Shown here in pieces: positions 1-10,500 of a stretch of 64,000 nucleotides of DNA (within the stretch, counting starts at the first letter, position 1; the number at the start of each line of letters is the position of its first letter). A model generated the notes under the pieces. The model was not told where the DNA came from. It ran no database searches and saw only the letters and a program-made list of their open reading frames with translations. The position numbers and the translations under genes were made by a program. Source of the DNA: Minisyncoccota bacterium (lineage in GTDB: Bacteria > Patescibacteriota > Minisyncoccia > Phycocordibacterales > UBA2100); assembly GCA_031291875.1 (NCBI GenBank), contig JARLIE010000112.1, forward strand, positions 114 through 64,113. The letters are read 5' to 3'.

Positions 1-245
1 CGGTCTACCACTTCGTCTGGCACCGTTTTGCGGATGAAATTATCGAAGAATCGAAACCAATCCTCAAAGGCGAGGATCAAGCGTCGAAAGACAGCCGAGC
101 TGCCGCGCTCTACCAGATCCTCCTGGTATCATTGAAACTACTCCACCCGTTTATGCCGTACGTGACCGAATCTATCTGGCAGGAATTGCCGCGAAAAGAC
201 ACTGACGCGCTCATGGTCTCCTTGTGGCCCGAGCACAACCTATGA
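1..245 (+). CDS. valS: Valyl-tRNA synthetase, C-terminal part (5' end outside window)
   Basis: Frame from nt 3 reads VYHFVWHRFADEIIEESK...LKLLHPFMPYVTESIW...WPEHNL*, the class Ia anticodon-binding domain. Stop TGA at 243-245 overlaps the next ATG. Confidence 0.85.
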   Translation, partial: VYHFVWHRFADEIIEESKPILKGEDQASKDSRAAALYQILLVSLKLLHPFMPYVTESIWQELPRKDTDALMVSLWPEHNL

Positions 246-964
246 TCGATTGGTCGACACTCATCCTCGCTGTTTGCGCCGGATTCTTCCCGGCACTCGC
301 GTGGCTCTGGTTTTGGCTTCGCGAAGACAGCGAGCATCCCGAGCCGCGCCGTTTGATCGCACTCGCCTTTGCCGGCGGCATGGTCATGATCGCGGTCGTA
401 ATCCCGATCGAGGAATACGTGCAGACGCTTCCCCTCTTTGTCGCCTCGCAAATCCTGCTCCTCACCGCATGGGCCGGCATTGAAGAATTTTGCAAATACC
501 TCGCTGCTCGAACACTCGTATTGTGGCGCCGCGAAGATGACGAACCGATCGACCCGGTCATCTATATGGTGACGACCGCACTCGGCTTTTCAGCGGTCGA
601 AAACGCGTTGTTTCTCGCCTCGCCACTGGGCGGCGGCACGTTGCTCGCGACAATCCAAACCGGCGATCTGCGATTCGTCGGCGCAACGCTCGTGCACGTC
701 CTTTCCTCATCGGTTATCGGTCTCATGCTCGGCATCACGTTTTATGATCGCCGCAAATGGATGCGCCCGTACGCAGTCACACTTGGAGTTATCCTCGCCA
801 CGCTTTTGCATGGAGCTTTCAATTTCTTTATACTGAATGCAGGATCGCAGCAAACGATCCTCGTGCTCACGTTCGTGTGGGGTGGAGTCATACTGCTCTT
901 GGCCGCACTCGAATGGATCAAGCGTATTCGACCTCGAGCGCAAGGTGCACAAAACTTCAACTAA
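242..964 (+). CDS. prsW: PrsW-family intramembrane glutamic protease
   Basis: Multi-TM protein with EEFCK, FSAVEN, H and LLHGAFN motifs. ATGA overlap with valS supports a start at 242. Confidence 0.9.
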   Translation: MIDWSTLILAVCAGFFPALAWLWFWLREDSEHPEPRRLIALAFAGGMVMIAVVIPIEEYVQTLPLFVASQILLLTAWAGIEEFCKYLAARTLVLWRREDDEPIDPVIYMVTTALGFSAVENALFLASPLGGGTLLATIQTGDLRFVGATLVHVLSSSVIGLMLGITFYDRRKWMRPYAVTLGVILATLLHGAFNFFILNAGSQQTILVLTFVWGGVILLLAALEWIKRIRPRAQGAQNFN

Positions 965-994
965 TCTTCATGGGTAATCGGTGAAACTATTTCT

Positions 995-1489
995 ATGGCA
1001 AAAGGAGGATTCTTTTCAAAACTAACTGGTAAGACGGAAGACTACGGCGACTACCTCGACGAGCTTGAGGGGGCGCACGCGAAATTCGAAGGCACCGGCG
1101 CAGAGCGTCACGCACATATCTCCACGCGCGATGAAGACTGGAAGCCGCAAGAAGATCCGGGAGGTGAATTGGCCGTCGACGTGTACCAAACCAACGACGC
1201 GATCGTCGTTAAGGCTTTCATTGCCGGCGTACAACCAACAACCATCGACATTTCCCTCACCCGCGAAATGCTCACGATCTCAGGCCAACGCCAAGACGAG
1301 CGCGAAGTCGAAGAAGAAGACTACTATCAGAAGGAGCTCTTTTGGGGCTCGTTCTCACGCACCATTCTCCTTCCGGAGGAGGTCGATGTCGACCTCGCCG
1401 AAGCCTCCGAAAAGCACGGTATTTTGATGATCCGTTTGCCGAAGATCAACAAGGGCAAACAAACAAAGCTTAAGGTAAGAAGCCGTTAG
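995..1489 (+). CDS. Hsp20/alpha-crystallin small heat-shock protein
   Basis: VDVYQT...GSFSRTILLP...GILMIRLPK alpha-crystallin motifs. Confidence 0.92.
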   Translation: MAKGGFFSKLTGKTEDYGDYLDELEGAHAKFEGTGAERHAHISTRDEDWKPQEDPGGELAVDVYQTNDAIVVKAFIAGVQPTTIDISLTREMLTISGQRQDEREVEEEDYYQKELFWGSFSRTILLPEEVDVDLAEASEKHGILMIRLPKINKGKQTKLKVRSR

Positions 1490-2367
1490 TCCTCGAGAAG
1501 TCCGAGGCGATACACATCGAAGGAATTCTCTCCTTCAAACATATCCGACGGATTCGGAAGGTAGAGGCGGGGGCGTGAGATCTCGTCCGTCGCATCTTTG
1601 AGCAGCCGGTGGAAGACTTTAAAATCCTCGGCGCATTCTTGATAATCGATCACATAGCGTTTGAGTTGCGGCGAGCCGTCAGCGTTGCGCGATTTTTTGC
1701 ATTCATAAATCATGAATCGGCGCACCGGCTTCCCAAACGCTTCCTTAACCGTGTAGTAATTGAAAAGCGCCTGCATCACAAATAGCGTCTTACTCCCTTT
1801 CTGTTTACTAAATTGATCGACGAACTTATGGTCGACGATATCGACGCTTCCCTTTTCGAGTTTGGACTCGACGACGAGATCTGAGATCGCCTTGACCGGA
1901 AGCGGCAAGCCCTCCACCTTGGCCATGCCCGAGAACTCGACACCAAGCACAGTGTGTTTTGGCGGCTTTTCGAGATAGAAATTGATGACCTGCAAGTATT
2001 CCCGTTCCATGCTCGCGCGTTTCGCTTTCTTTGCCGCTTTTGATTTGGCCTTGCCGAAGTTGATGTCGAAATCCGCCGTATCGCGCAAATACTCGAGCCC
2101 AAGTTCGATCGAACCGTCTTTGCCGATGCCCGAATAAAAGTGCTGCAGGGCAAGGTGCGCCGAGCTTCCGATGACGGAAGCCGGATTGCGCGGCGTATCG
2201 TAGATTTTTTCTACATAACGCTTGTACCACGCTAAGGGATTGCGCAGCAGGGCCATCAGTGAAGAGTGGCTCCAGTACTTGATTGGGTACTGCGGTGTGA
2301 GCGCTGCAACTTCAGCGTCGTGCTTCCATTGCTCGAGATCGCTACGAATCTTGGAGGGCACTGCCAT
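1486..2367 (-). CDS. PD-(D/E)XK nuclease family protein (AddB/RecB/Cas4-like)
   Basis: WSHSS, GSSAHLAL, VE, SDL and IVDHK motifs. TGgTATACT lies 6 nt before the ATG. Confidence 0.75.
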   Translation of the reverse strand: MAVPSKIRSDLEQWKHDAEVAALTPQYPIKYWSHSSLMALLRNPLAWYKRYVEKIYDTPRNPASVIGSSAHLALQHFYSGIGKDGSIELGLEYLRDTADFDINFGKAKSKAAKKAKRASMEREYLQVINFYLEKPPKHTVLGVEFSGMAKVEGLPLPVKAISDLVVESKLEKGSVDIVDHKFVDQFSKQKGSKTLFVMQALFNYYTVKEAFGKPVRRFMIYECKKSRNADGSPQLKRYVIDYQECAEDFKVFHRLLKDATDEISRPRLYLPNPSDMFEGENSFDVYRLGLLED

Positions 2368-2437
2368 GGCAAAAGTATACCAGCCGCAGCAAGCGGCGCT
2401 TCATCAGGGCTTTTTTGGCCTATGCTATAGTTAATTC

Positions 2438-2959
2438 ATGAAAACAACGACGCTCGCGTGGATCGCTGGCATATTGCTAATCCTGGTTGGTGGCTGGTAC
2501 GTGTGGATGCAAAGCGCACTCCCCGCTCCCCAGCAAGCAGCGATCACGAGCACTACGTCGCCCGACACCTCGAGCAGTACATCGGACCAGAGCACGAGCA
2601 GTCCCAATACAATCCAAAATAATCTTACGCTCGGCACCGATGCTACCTCGACGCTCGGTACCTACCTCATCGGCTACAACGGCATGACGCTCTACGCGTA
2701 TTCAAAAGATTCCACGGGGACGAGCACTTGCTACGACAAATGCTCCGAAACTTGGCCTCCCTATATCGTACCCAACGGCATGCAGCTCAACATCCAATCC
2801 GGCGTAACCGGGGCAAAGGCAGGCACCATCACGCGGGCCGACGGTACTGTCCAAGTTACCTACAATGGCAAACCGCTGTACTTCTACAACGGCGACGTAA
2901 GTTCGGGAGACGTGACGGGCGAAAGCGTCGGCAATCTCTGGCGCGTAGTTAAGCCATAA
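2438..2959 (+). CDS. Membrane-anchored secreted repeat protein (COG4315/Lipoprotein_15 type)
   Basis: N-terminal TM, Ser/Thr linker, GMTLYAYSKD..C...C..TWPP and YNGKPLYFYNGD repeats. Confidence 0.85.
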   Translation: MKTTTLAWIAGILLILVGGWYVWMQSALPAPQQAAITSTTSPDTSSSTSDQSTSSPNTIQNNLTLGTDATSTLGTYLIGYNGMTLYAYSKDSTGTSTCYDKCSETWPPYIVPNGMQLNIQSGVTGAKAGTITRADGTVQVTYNGKPLYFYNGDVSSGDVTGESVGNLWRVVKP

Positions 2960-3025
2960 AAACCACTGAAAGCAAGCGACACCGGTTACGTCTTCATGAT
3001 GTTAGGAGCTCATAATAACTAAACC

Positions 3026-3337
3026 ATGCTTCTCTCTCTTATCGTCGGCATTATTCTCGGGGCCATCGCAGTCGTGTTCGCGTTTCAAAACGTAGCGGTC
3101 GTCACGGTAAGTTTCTTTACCTGGCAAATCAGCGCTTCGCTCGCCATCGTGATCTTGGGCTCCATACTTTGCGGTATTGTCCTTACGCTCCTTGTGCTCT
3201 TGCCGAGCGTTATTCGCGATGAAATCTTTGTGGCGACACTCAAGCGTCAAAAGCGAGATCTTGAAAACCAGCTCGCTCAAACGCGAACTCCGCAGCCCGC
3301 TGCGGCTCCGGCCGGGAACGTCGCGTCCTCGATTTGA
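3026..3337 (+). CDS. LapA-family membrane protein
   Basis: Two TM segments around FAFQN, followed by a short coiled coil. Confidence 0.8.
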   Translation: MLLSLIVGIILGAIAVVFAFQNVAVVTVSFFTWQISASLAIVILGSILCGIVLTLLVLLPSVIRDEIFVATLKRQKRDLENQLAQTRTPQPAAAPAGNVASSI

Positions 3338-3392
3338 TTTCTTCTCGCTTCGGGTATACCGTGGAACCAGCCTAACCAAAAAGGAGGTAGCC

Positions 3393-3803
3393 ATGACCAC
3401 CTGTACCGTTCTTGGCGTTGGGATCTCTAGCTTCGCTCGCGAACAGATTGTCGCGTCTATACACAATGGGTTCGTGCGTCGAGGCCGGACCTGGAATACG
3501 AGCGAGCTGAGGATCGCGGAAAATTGCGAGGAAGCGGTGTCTCTCGCGAGGTCGCATCAGCTCGACGTCGTGCATTTTTGCAACCAAACCGGCATCAAGC
3601 CGTTGCGGTATTCACACAAGTGCGAACAGTTGGCAGCGCTCTTCGAGCTCTATCACGAGCCACCGCTCCTATGTTCGATGGACTACCCGCTGCTGCAGCG
3701 GCTCACGCCAACGTTCGTGCGTCATAACATGCTGATTCGGCACTGTGATCTGAGTGACGGTATTTACCAAAGCTATATACGGCGGCGTCAGAAGACCGCG
3801 TAA
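3393..3803 (+). CDS. Hypothetical protein, possible degenerate receiver domain
   Basis: SD AAGGAGGT at 3381-3388. AENCEEAVSLARSHQLDVVHF resembles the REC alpha2-beta3 segment but lacks the phosphoacceptor Asp. Confidence 0.55.
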   Translation: MTTCTVLGVGISSFAREQIVASIHNGFVRRGRTWNTSELRIAENCEEAVSLARSHQLDVVHFCNQTGIKPLRYSHKCEQLAALFELYHEPPLLCSMDYPLLQRLTPTFVRHNMLIRHCDLSDGIYQSYIRRRQKTA

Positions 3804-3863
3804 CCTGATTTTTCCTCTACGCGACGATCTGAGTGTGAATGGGCATCATTCACACGCGAAACT

Positions 3864-3897
3864 AAAAGGCCCCGAACATCGGGGCCTTTCGTTTTTG
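3864..3897. terminator. Bidirectional intrinsic terminator
   Basis: AAAAGGCCCCGA-ACA-TCGGGGCCTTTCGTTTTT between convergent genes. Confidence 0.8.
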
Positions 3898-3899
3898 TC

Positions 3900-5141
3900 T
3901 TAGTAGCTGCGCAGCTGCTTCGCGCGTTCGTGGAAGCGGATGCGTTCGAGGGCTTTTGCCTCGATCTGGCGGATACGCTCGCGAGTAACGCCGAATTCGC
4001 GACCCACTTCTTCAAGGGTGTAGCAGATGCCTTCGTCGGTGAGACCATTGCGCATTTCGAGGATCTTTCGCTCTTTGGGCGAAAGCTCATCGAGAATGTT
4101 CATCATCTGCTCGGAGAGGATGCGACGGGAAGCGTCCTGATCTGGCGAGGCAATCGTTTCGTCGGCGATGAAGCTGCCAAGCGTCGAGCGCTCGTCGTCG
4201 TCTTCGCCTACCGGGCTCTCGAGCGAAACGGTGTCTTGATTGATCTTTTGGATGGTGTAAATCTTGTCGACTTCAATACCCATTTCAGCGGCGATTTCTT
4301 CCGGAAGCGGGTCGCGGCCGAGGTGCTGCGAGAGTTCGCGAACCTTTTGCTTGTATTTCGCGATAGTTTCCACCATATGCACCGGGATTCGGATGGTGCG
4401 AGATTGGTCGGCCAAAGCGCGAGTGATGGCCTGGCGGATCCACCAGGTAGCGTAAGTCGAGAATTTGTAACCCTTGGTGTAGTCGAATTTGTCCACCGCC
4501 TTGAAGAGGCCCAGGTTGCCTTCCTGGATGAGGTCGAGGAGCGTAAGGTCCGGAGAGCGGTTGACGTATTTCTTCGCGATGGAAACGACCAAGCGGAGGT
4601 TGGAACGAGCAAGGATGCCACGGGCCTCATCGTCGCCGTCGACGATGCGCTTTGCGAGCGTCTTTTCTTGTTCGCCGTTGAGGAGTGGATACTGACCAAT
4701 TTCGCGTAGATACATTTGGACGGAATCGTAGTTGGAGTCGGAGCGGCGATTCTGGAGTTTTTTGCTTGCGAGGATCGCGTCTGCGGAGTCATCGCCAAGC
4801 ATGCCACCTCCCTCGAGGACGTCGATTCCGGCAGCGCTAAAGCGCTCGTACATATCTTCGAGCAGCGTCATGTTGTCTTCGATTGTCGGGAATTCGCGGA
4901 GGATCTCGTCGAACGTGATATAGCCGCGTTCGCGACCGAGCTTGATCAACGATTCAACTTTGTCCTGGGTCTTCCCTTGAATCAACGACTTCCCTTTCGC
5001 GGCCGGGCGAGCGACGGCTTTTTTTGCAGTTCCGCGCGTAGCGCGAGAGGACGCCGTGCGACGTTTGGTTGTAGAAGTTGCGCTAGCGGCTTTCACACGC
5101 TTTATGCTCTTCTTTTTCGCCTGTTTTTTTGATGAAGCCAT
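3900..5141 (-). CDS. rpoD: Primary RNA polymerase sigma-70 factor
   Basis: Region 1.1 and 1.2 ([11 protein letters not shown]), [28 protein letters not shown] and [10 protein letters not shown]. Start taken at MASSKK. Confidence 0.96.
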   Translation of the reverse strand: MASSKKQAKKKSIKRVKAASATSTTKRRTASSRATRGTAKKAVARPAAKGKSLIQGKTQDKVESLIKLGRERGYITFDEILREFPTIEDNMTLLEDMYERFSAAGIDVLEGGGMLGDDSADAILASKKLQNRRSDSNYDSVQMYLREIGQYPLLNGEQEKTLAKRIVDGDDEARGILARSNLRLVVSIAKKYVNRSPDLTLLDLIQEGNLGLFKAVDKFDYTKGYKFSTYATWWIRQAITRALADQSRTIRIPVHMVETIAKYKQKVRELSQHLGRDPLPEEIAAEMGIEVDKIYTIQKINQDTVSLESPVGEDDDERSTLGSFIADETIASPDQDASRRILSEQMMNILDELSPKERKILEMRNGLTDEGICYTLEEVGREFGVTRERIRQIEAKALERIRFHERAKQLRSY

Positions 5142-5320
5142 AAAAAATTTTTGACCGCAAGAGAAAGCTGCCCCGAATCTTCGGAGGCCGCTTTTCTGGG
5201 GTGTTTTGTCTTTACTACTCACCACGAGGCCCCTTTATTTCATAGATGGACCTTCCCCGCGACAAGTAATTGGCTATAGTACTCCTCTCTTGACAAAAGT
5301 GCAACTTCTCTCTTCACAGG

Positions 5321-5353
5321 TTATGCACAGGACTTATACACAGGTTATTCACC
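5321..5353 (+). promoter_or_regulatory. Cluster of DnaA-box-like 9-mers
   Basis: TTATGCACA 5321-5329, TTATACACA 5334-5342 and TTATTCACC 5345-5353, versus consensus TTATNCACA. Confidence 0.55.
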
Positions 5354-6979
5354 TTCCTCTACCTTGCTGAGTTTCTCGTACAGCTCTGCCGAGCGCTTCT
5401 TCCCTTGCACCTGCCGCAGCAGGAGCTCCCAGTCTTCGGATAACGAGCGGCTTTTGCCGTGCGCCCGCTCCCCCTCAAATCGTAATATTTCTTTTTCTTG
5501 TTCGGGGAGTTGTTCGAGTGCTTTAAAAATTTCTGCACCCGTCGCGTCATGCAGCTCTTGTTCAAACTGCAATACGTCGACGGCAGGCTTCTCAAGCGAG
5601 CGTTGCCAAAGCAAAAGCGCGTAGGCTTGCTTAACCCGGTCAGTCTTTTGTGTAGCAACTCGAGGTACCGCTTCATGCGTGGGCGCGCTTTGCGGTACAC
5701 GAGCGACTTTGCCGAGCGCTTCATTGACCGCCGATTCGGAAACCTTCAATCGAGCCGCAATCTCGCGAGCGTACTGCTCGCGCGCGATCGGTGAACTCAC
5801 GTCGGAGAGAAAAGGTAGCACGGCAATTTCGACCGAACGGCGGAAGTTGTCCGGACTTTTGGCGTGTTCTTCGAGTACATCGAGCAGGAACGTAATAATG
5901 TCTTTGGATTCGCGGATCGCTTTTTTCCATGCATCGGGACCTTCCTTGAGAATGAGATCGGCGGGATCCATGCCACTGGGCAAGCGGGCTACTTTTACAT
6001 TGAGTCCACCCTGGAGGGCGGCACGGGCGGCCCTGCTTGCAGCCTTAATGCCCGCCTCGTCCGCATCGAGCGCGATCACCAAATTATCGGTCATTCGACG
6101 GATGAGCTGGGCATGTTCTTGGGTAAAGGCGGTGCCGGAAACAGCAACCGTGTTACCCCATCCCGCCTGGTGCGACAGTAGAAGGTCGACCTGGCCTTCG
6201 ACCAATACGGCACAGGAAAGCTTGCGCATCGAGAGCTTCGCCTTATCAAAGCCGTACAAAATCCGTGATTTATGGAAGAGCGGCGTTTCGGGCGAGTTCA
6301 AATATTTGGGAGCTTCCGGCGAGGCATTCTCACCGAAAATTCGGCCCGAAAAGCCGACCACTCGGCCCGCAGAATCCGCAATCGGAAACATGATTCGGTT
6401 GCGGAATTTGTCGAGAATGCCGCGATCGCCTTTCTTGCCAACCCCGGCTTCGACGATCTCCCTGTCGGTAAAGCCTTTTTGCTTGAGCTGGTCGCTCGCG
6501 TCGGTCCAGCCGGATCCGGCAAGTCCTAAGCGAAATTCGCGAATGGTCGAATCCGTTATTCCGCGCTCGCGTAAGTACTGCTTCGCGTCGTCCGAAAGTC
6601 GCGAAGTATAAAAAATAGCGGTTGTTTCCAGAAGCTCGAATAGACGTTCGCGCTCGTCCTTGCTGCCTTGGCCCGCACCTGTCGAGTGGCCGCGCTCGTA
6701 GACAATCTCCACGCCCGCTTTGTCGGCGAGGACCTTGAGTGCGCCCCTGAAATCGAGTCCTTCAATCTTTTCGACAAAGGTAAAAATATCGCCGCCTTCG
6801 CCGCAGCCAAAACAGTGATATGTGCCGCGATCCGCCGAAACGAAAAACGACGGGGTTTTCTCGGCATGGAAGGGGCACCGGGCGCGCAGCGTGGTACCGG
6901 CCCTATCGAGCTTCACGTACTGCGAAACCACGTCGACGATTGAAAGCCTGTCTTTGATTTGCTGGACCGTATCGCTCAT
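5345..6979 (-). CDS. dnaG: DNA primase
   Basis: CPFH...CFGC zinc finger, KYLNSPET, and TOPRIM motifs VEGQVD and DADEAG. Confidence 0.97.
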   Translation of the reverse strand: MSDTVQQIKDRLSIVDVVSQYVKLDRAGTTLRARCPFHAEKTPSFFVSADRGTYHCFGCGEGGDIFTFVEKIEGLDFRGALKVLADKAGVEIVYERGHSTGAGQGSKDERERLFELLETTAIFYTSRLSDDAKQYLRERGITDSTIREFRLGLAGSGWTDASDQLKQKGFTDREIVEAGVGKKGDRGILDKFRNRIMFPIADSAGRVVGFSGRIFGENASPEAPKYLNSPETPLFHKSRILYGFDKAKLSMRKLSCAVLVEGQVDLLLSHQAGWGNTVAVSGTAFTQEHAQLIRRMTDNLVIALDADEAGIKAASRAARAALQGGLNVKVARLPSGMDPADLILKEGPDAWKKAIRESKDIITFLLDVLEEHAKSPDNFRRSVEIAVLPFLSDVSSPIAREQYAREIAARLKVSESAVNEALGKVARVPQSAPTHEAVPRVATQKTDRVKQAYALLLWQRSLEKPAVDVLQFEQELHDATGAEIFKALEQLPEQEKEILRFEGERAHGKSRSLSEDWELLLRQVQGKKRSAELYEKLSKVEEGE

Positions 6980-7113
6980 ACCTAGTCATTATGCTCCTTT
7001 CGAAAAAGAAAGCGAAAACCGACGTCTTGACTTCTTTTGGAGTGCTGCCATATTTTGCCTTAGACCGTCTTCCGACGTGACCTAGAGCGAAAATTCCTAC
7101 CGAGGAGGGTTCG

Positions 7114-7371
7114 ATGAGATACGGTATGTATGACGATGACGAAAGTGAAGCGGCACGAAAATTCCTTCGCGAAATGAAGCTCTCACCGAGAGAATGCGAC
7201 GTGGTACTGGGGGTGACGCTTCAAGATCTCACCAATCGAGAAATTGGAGAAAACCTCGGTTTGAGCAAACGAACCATTGAGACACATCGGGAGCACGCGC
7301 TCAGAAAACTGGGCATTCATGGCACCGTTGATCTTTGTAAATTCGTGTTTATTGGAATTGCTCCAAAATAA
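7114..7371 (+). CDS. Stand-alone LuxR/GerE-type HTH regulator
   Basis: LSPRECDV...TNREIGENLGLSKRTIETHREHALRKLG. SD GAGGAGGG at 7102-7109; hairpin near 7402-7420. Confidence 0.85.
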   Translation: MRYGMYDDDESEAARKFLREMKLSPRECDVVLGVTLQDLTNREIGENLGLSKRTIETHREHALRKLGIHGTVDLCKFVFIGIAPK

Positions 7372-7474
7372 TCTGCGAACTGATCACCACTGATCGATGA
7401 GCGGGCGACACTGTCGCCCGTTTCGATTTATATACAAAACAATTTCCGAGCGTAATTTTCAGCAGACAAATACG

Positions 7475-7504
7475 AAAAAGGTCGCCAAAAATGGCGACCT
7501 TTTT
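7475..7504. terminator. Intrinsic terminator downstream of rpoC
   Basis: AAAAAGGTCGCCA-AAAA-TGGCGACCTTTTT. Confidence 0.8.
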
Positions 7505-7523
7505 CAGCGTAACCCTGTAGAAC

Positions 7524-10500
7524 CTAGCGCTCTACCGTATCGCGATTGCGCTCGATCGACGGAACGTCGACCGGTTGCTGGGATCGGAGATCCGCTTCCA
7601 TTTGCTCGACGAGGTCGAACTTCTTGGAACCGGCGAATCCGGTACCGGCCGGGATAAGGCGACCGATGATGACGTTCTCTTTGAGGCCGACCAGGCGGTC
7701 GACCGCTCCCGAAACCGCCGCTTCGGCGAGTTTGCGAGGCGTGTTCTGGAAGGAAATTGCGGAGAGGAAGGACGCGCGAGTGAGGGAGACTTCGGTGATA
7801 CCGAGGAGCAATTGCTTGCCCTTTGCCGGCTCTTTTTCCGACTCTTTCGCCTCGCGGTTCAAACGCTCGAACTCAAAGTCCGCGACAATTTCGCCGACAG
7901 AAACACTGGTGTCGCCTGCGTTCGTGATCGAAACGCGCGAGAACATCTGCTTGACGATGATTTCAAGGTGCTTGCGCGCCGTTGAAACACCCTGCAATTC
8001 GTAGATGCGAGTGATTTCGCCAATGATGTACTCCTGCGCGCGTTCCTTGCCCGCGAAGAGGAAGAGCTCGTCGAGGTCTGCCGAACCGTCGGTGAGGAAG
8101 TCGCCCTTTTGGACAGAGTCCCCTACCTTCACCACGATCGCGCGAAGTGGGTGGATTCGATACTCGGTTTCTTTCTTGACGCCCTTTGCTGTTTTGGCGG
8201 TAGAAGCGGTTTCCGGAACGATCGTAATGACCGTTTCGTCGCCGTCCTTTTGGATATCTGCGATAACACCAGAGACTCGGGCGATCGCTGCTGGGAGCTT
8301 CGGTTGGCGCGTTTCGAAGACTTCTTCGACGCGCGGAAGACCCATCGTGATGTCACCACCTTGCGTCGCGACACCTCCAGTGTGGAAGGTACGCATCGTA
8401 AGCTGGGTACCCGGTTCGCCGATCGCTTGCGCGGCGATAACGCCTACCGCTTCGCCGACATCGACGAGTTCCTGAGTTGTGAGGTCGAGACCATAGCACT
8501 TTTGGCAAACACCTCGAGCGACTTTGCAGCCGATCGGTGAGCGAACGATCGCTTCCACGACGCTCGTATTCTCTTCGATCGCCTTAGCGTCGTCGCGAGA
8601 GACGAGGTGGCCACGCTTGAAGCCGCCCGCTTCTTCAGCGAGCACTCGGCCCGCGAGACGGTCGGCGAACGAGCCGCCGAGTGTTTCCTTGCCCGGACGA
8701 ACGATCGTGACGCCATCCTTCGTACCGCAGTCTTCTTCGAGCACAACGACATCGTGCGCAACATCGAAGAGACGACGAGTGAGGTAACCGGCGCGCGCCG
8801 TGTTGAGCGCAGTGTCGGCGAGACCCTTACGGGCGCCGTGCGTTGAGATGAAGTACTCGATCGGTGTGAGACCTTCCTTGAGCGAGGCGGTAATCGGGAA
8901 TTCGATGATTTCGCCGCGCGGGTTGGTGATGAGACCCTTCATGCCCGCCATTTGGTGGAGCTGTACGACGCTACCACGAGCGCCTGAGGTGATCATGTCG
9001 TGAACTGGACCGTTTCTGTCGAGCGATTCGACAACGTGCTTGCGCAGGTCATTGGAAACTTTCGCCCAGATTTCGATTGTCATGCGCTTGCGCTCTTCTT
9101 CGGTGAGAAGACCCTGTTCGTAGTTTTCGTTCTCACGAGCGACCGCTTCGCGGCCCGCGTTGACCATTTCTTGTTTAATCTCCGGAACAACGACGTCCGA
9201 GAGCGACCACGTGATACCAGCTTCGGTCGCGTAGCGGAAGCCAAACTTCTTGATCTTGTCGAGGATCTGCGGGATGCCGTCGAGCTTGTAGTGCGTAACG
9301 AGCGAGTGCACGAGGGCTCGCATGCGAGAACTCGTGATTTCTTCGTTGAGGTACGGGAAGTCTGTCGGAAGGACGGAGTTGAAGAGAAGTCGGCCGACGG
9401 AAGTCTCGAAGATCTTGCCCTCGAAGTGCTTGTACTTCGCGCTGTCGGACGGGAGAACCTTGATCTTTGCGCGCAAATCGATCGCGCCAAAGTCGTGGGC
9501 GGTGATTGCGGCATTCGTAGATGGGAACGCTGAGCCTTCGCCCTTCGCGCCCTCCATGGTCTTTGTCATCCAGTAACAGCCGAGCACGATGTCGAGCAGC
9601 TTGGATGCGACAACGACGTCACCAGAACCCGGCTTCAAGACGTTCTTGTTGGCCGACATGATCTTGGCGGCTTCGAGCTGAGCGGCTTCGGAAAGCGGCA
9701 CGTGTACGGCCATCGCGTCGCCGTCGAAGTCGGCGTTGTATGCCGGACAGACGAGCGGGTGAACCTGGATCGCGTTGCCTTCGATGAGAACCGGGCGGAA
9801 CGCCTGGATCGATTGGCGGTGAAGTGTCGGAGCGCGGTTGAGGAGGACATACTTGCCCTTAATCGCCTCTTCGAGAATCGGCCAAACTTCCGGTGCTTCG
9901 TCTTCAATCAAACGTCCAGCGCCACGAATGTTGTACGCGTGTTCGCGAGCAAGAACACCCTGGATGACGAACGGACGGAAGAGTTCAAGCACCATGTGCT
10001 TCGGCAAACCACACTCGTCGAGCGCCAAGTCCGGACCGACAACGATGACCGAGCGGCCCGAGTAGTCGACGCGCTTACCGAGGAGGTTTTGGCGGAGGTA
10101 GCCGTGCTTACCCTTGAGGTAATCAGCGAGCGACTTGAGCGCGCGGCGGCGTCCACCGAAGATACCCAAGACACCTGCGCCGCGGCGCATCGAGTTGTCG
10201 AGGAGTGCGTCCACTGCTTCCTGCAAAATGCGCTTTTCGTTGCGGAGAATGACTTCCGGCGCGTGGATTTGCTGGAGGCGCTTCAAGCGGTTGTTACGGT
10301 TGATGACGCGGCGGTAGAGGTCGTTGAGGTCGGAAGATGCGTGACGACCACCTTCGAGGGCGACCATCGGACGAAGCGCCGGCGGAACGACCGGGAGGCG
10401 TGTCATGAACATCCACTCCGGGCGGACACTCGCGCGGCGAAGGTTCTCAGCCAGCGCAAGGCGCTTCCTGAGTTTGTCCTTCTCTGCGGCACCTGAGTTT

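Noticed and set aside
1486-2367. Cas4 of a CRISPR system
   Set aside because: No Fe-S cysteines, no cas1/cas2 and no array.
5281-5353. Replication origin
   Set aside because: Too short, no unwinding element or dnaA/dnaN, and gene orientation does not switch.
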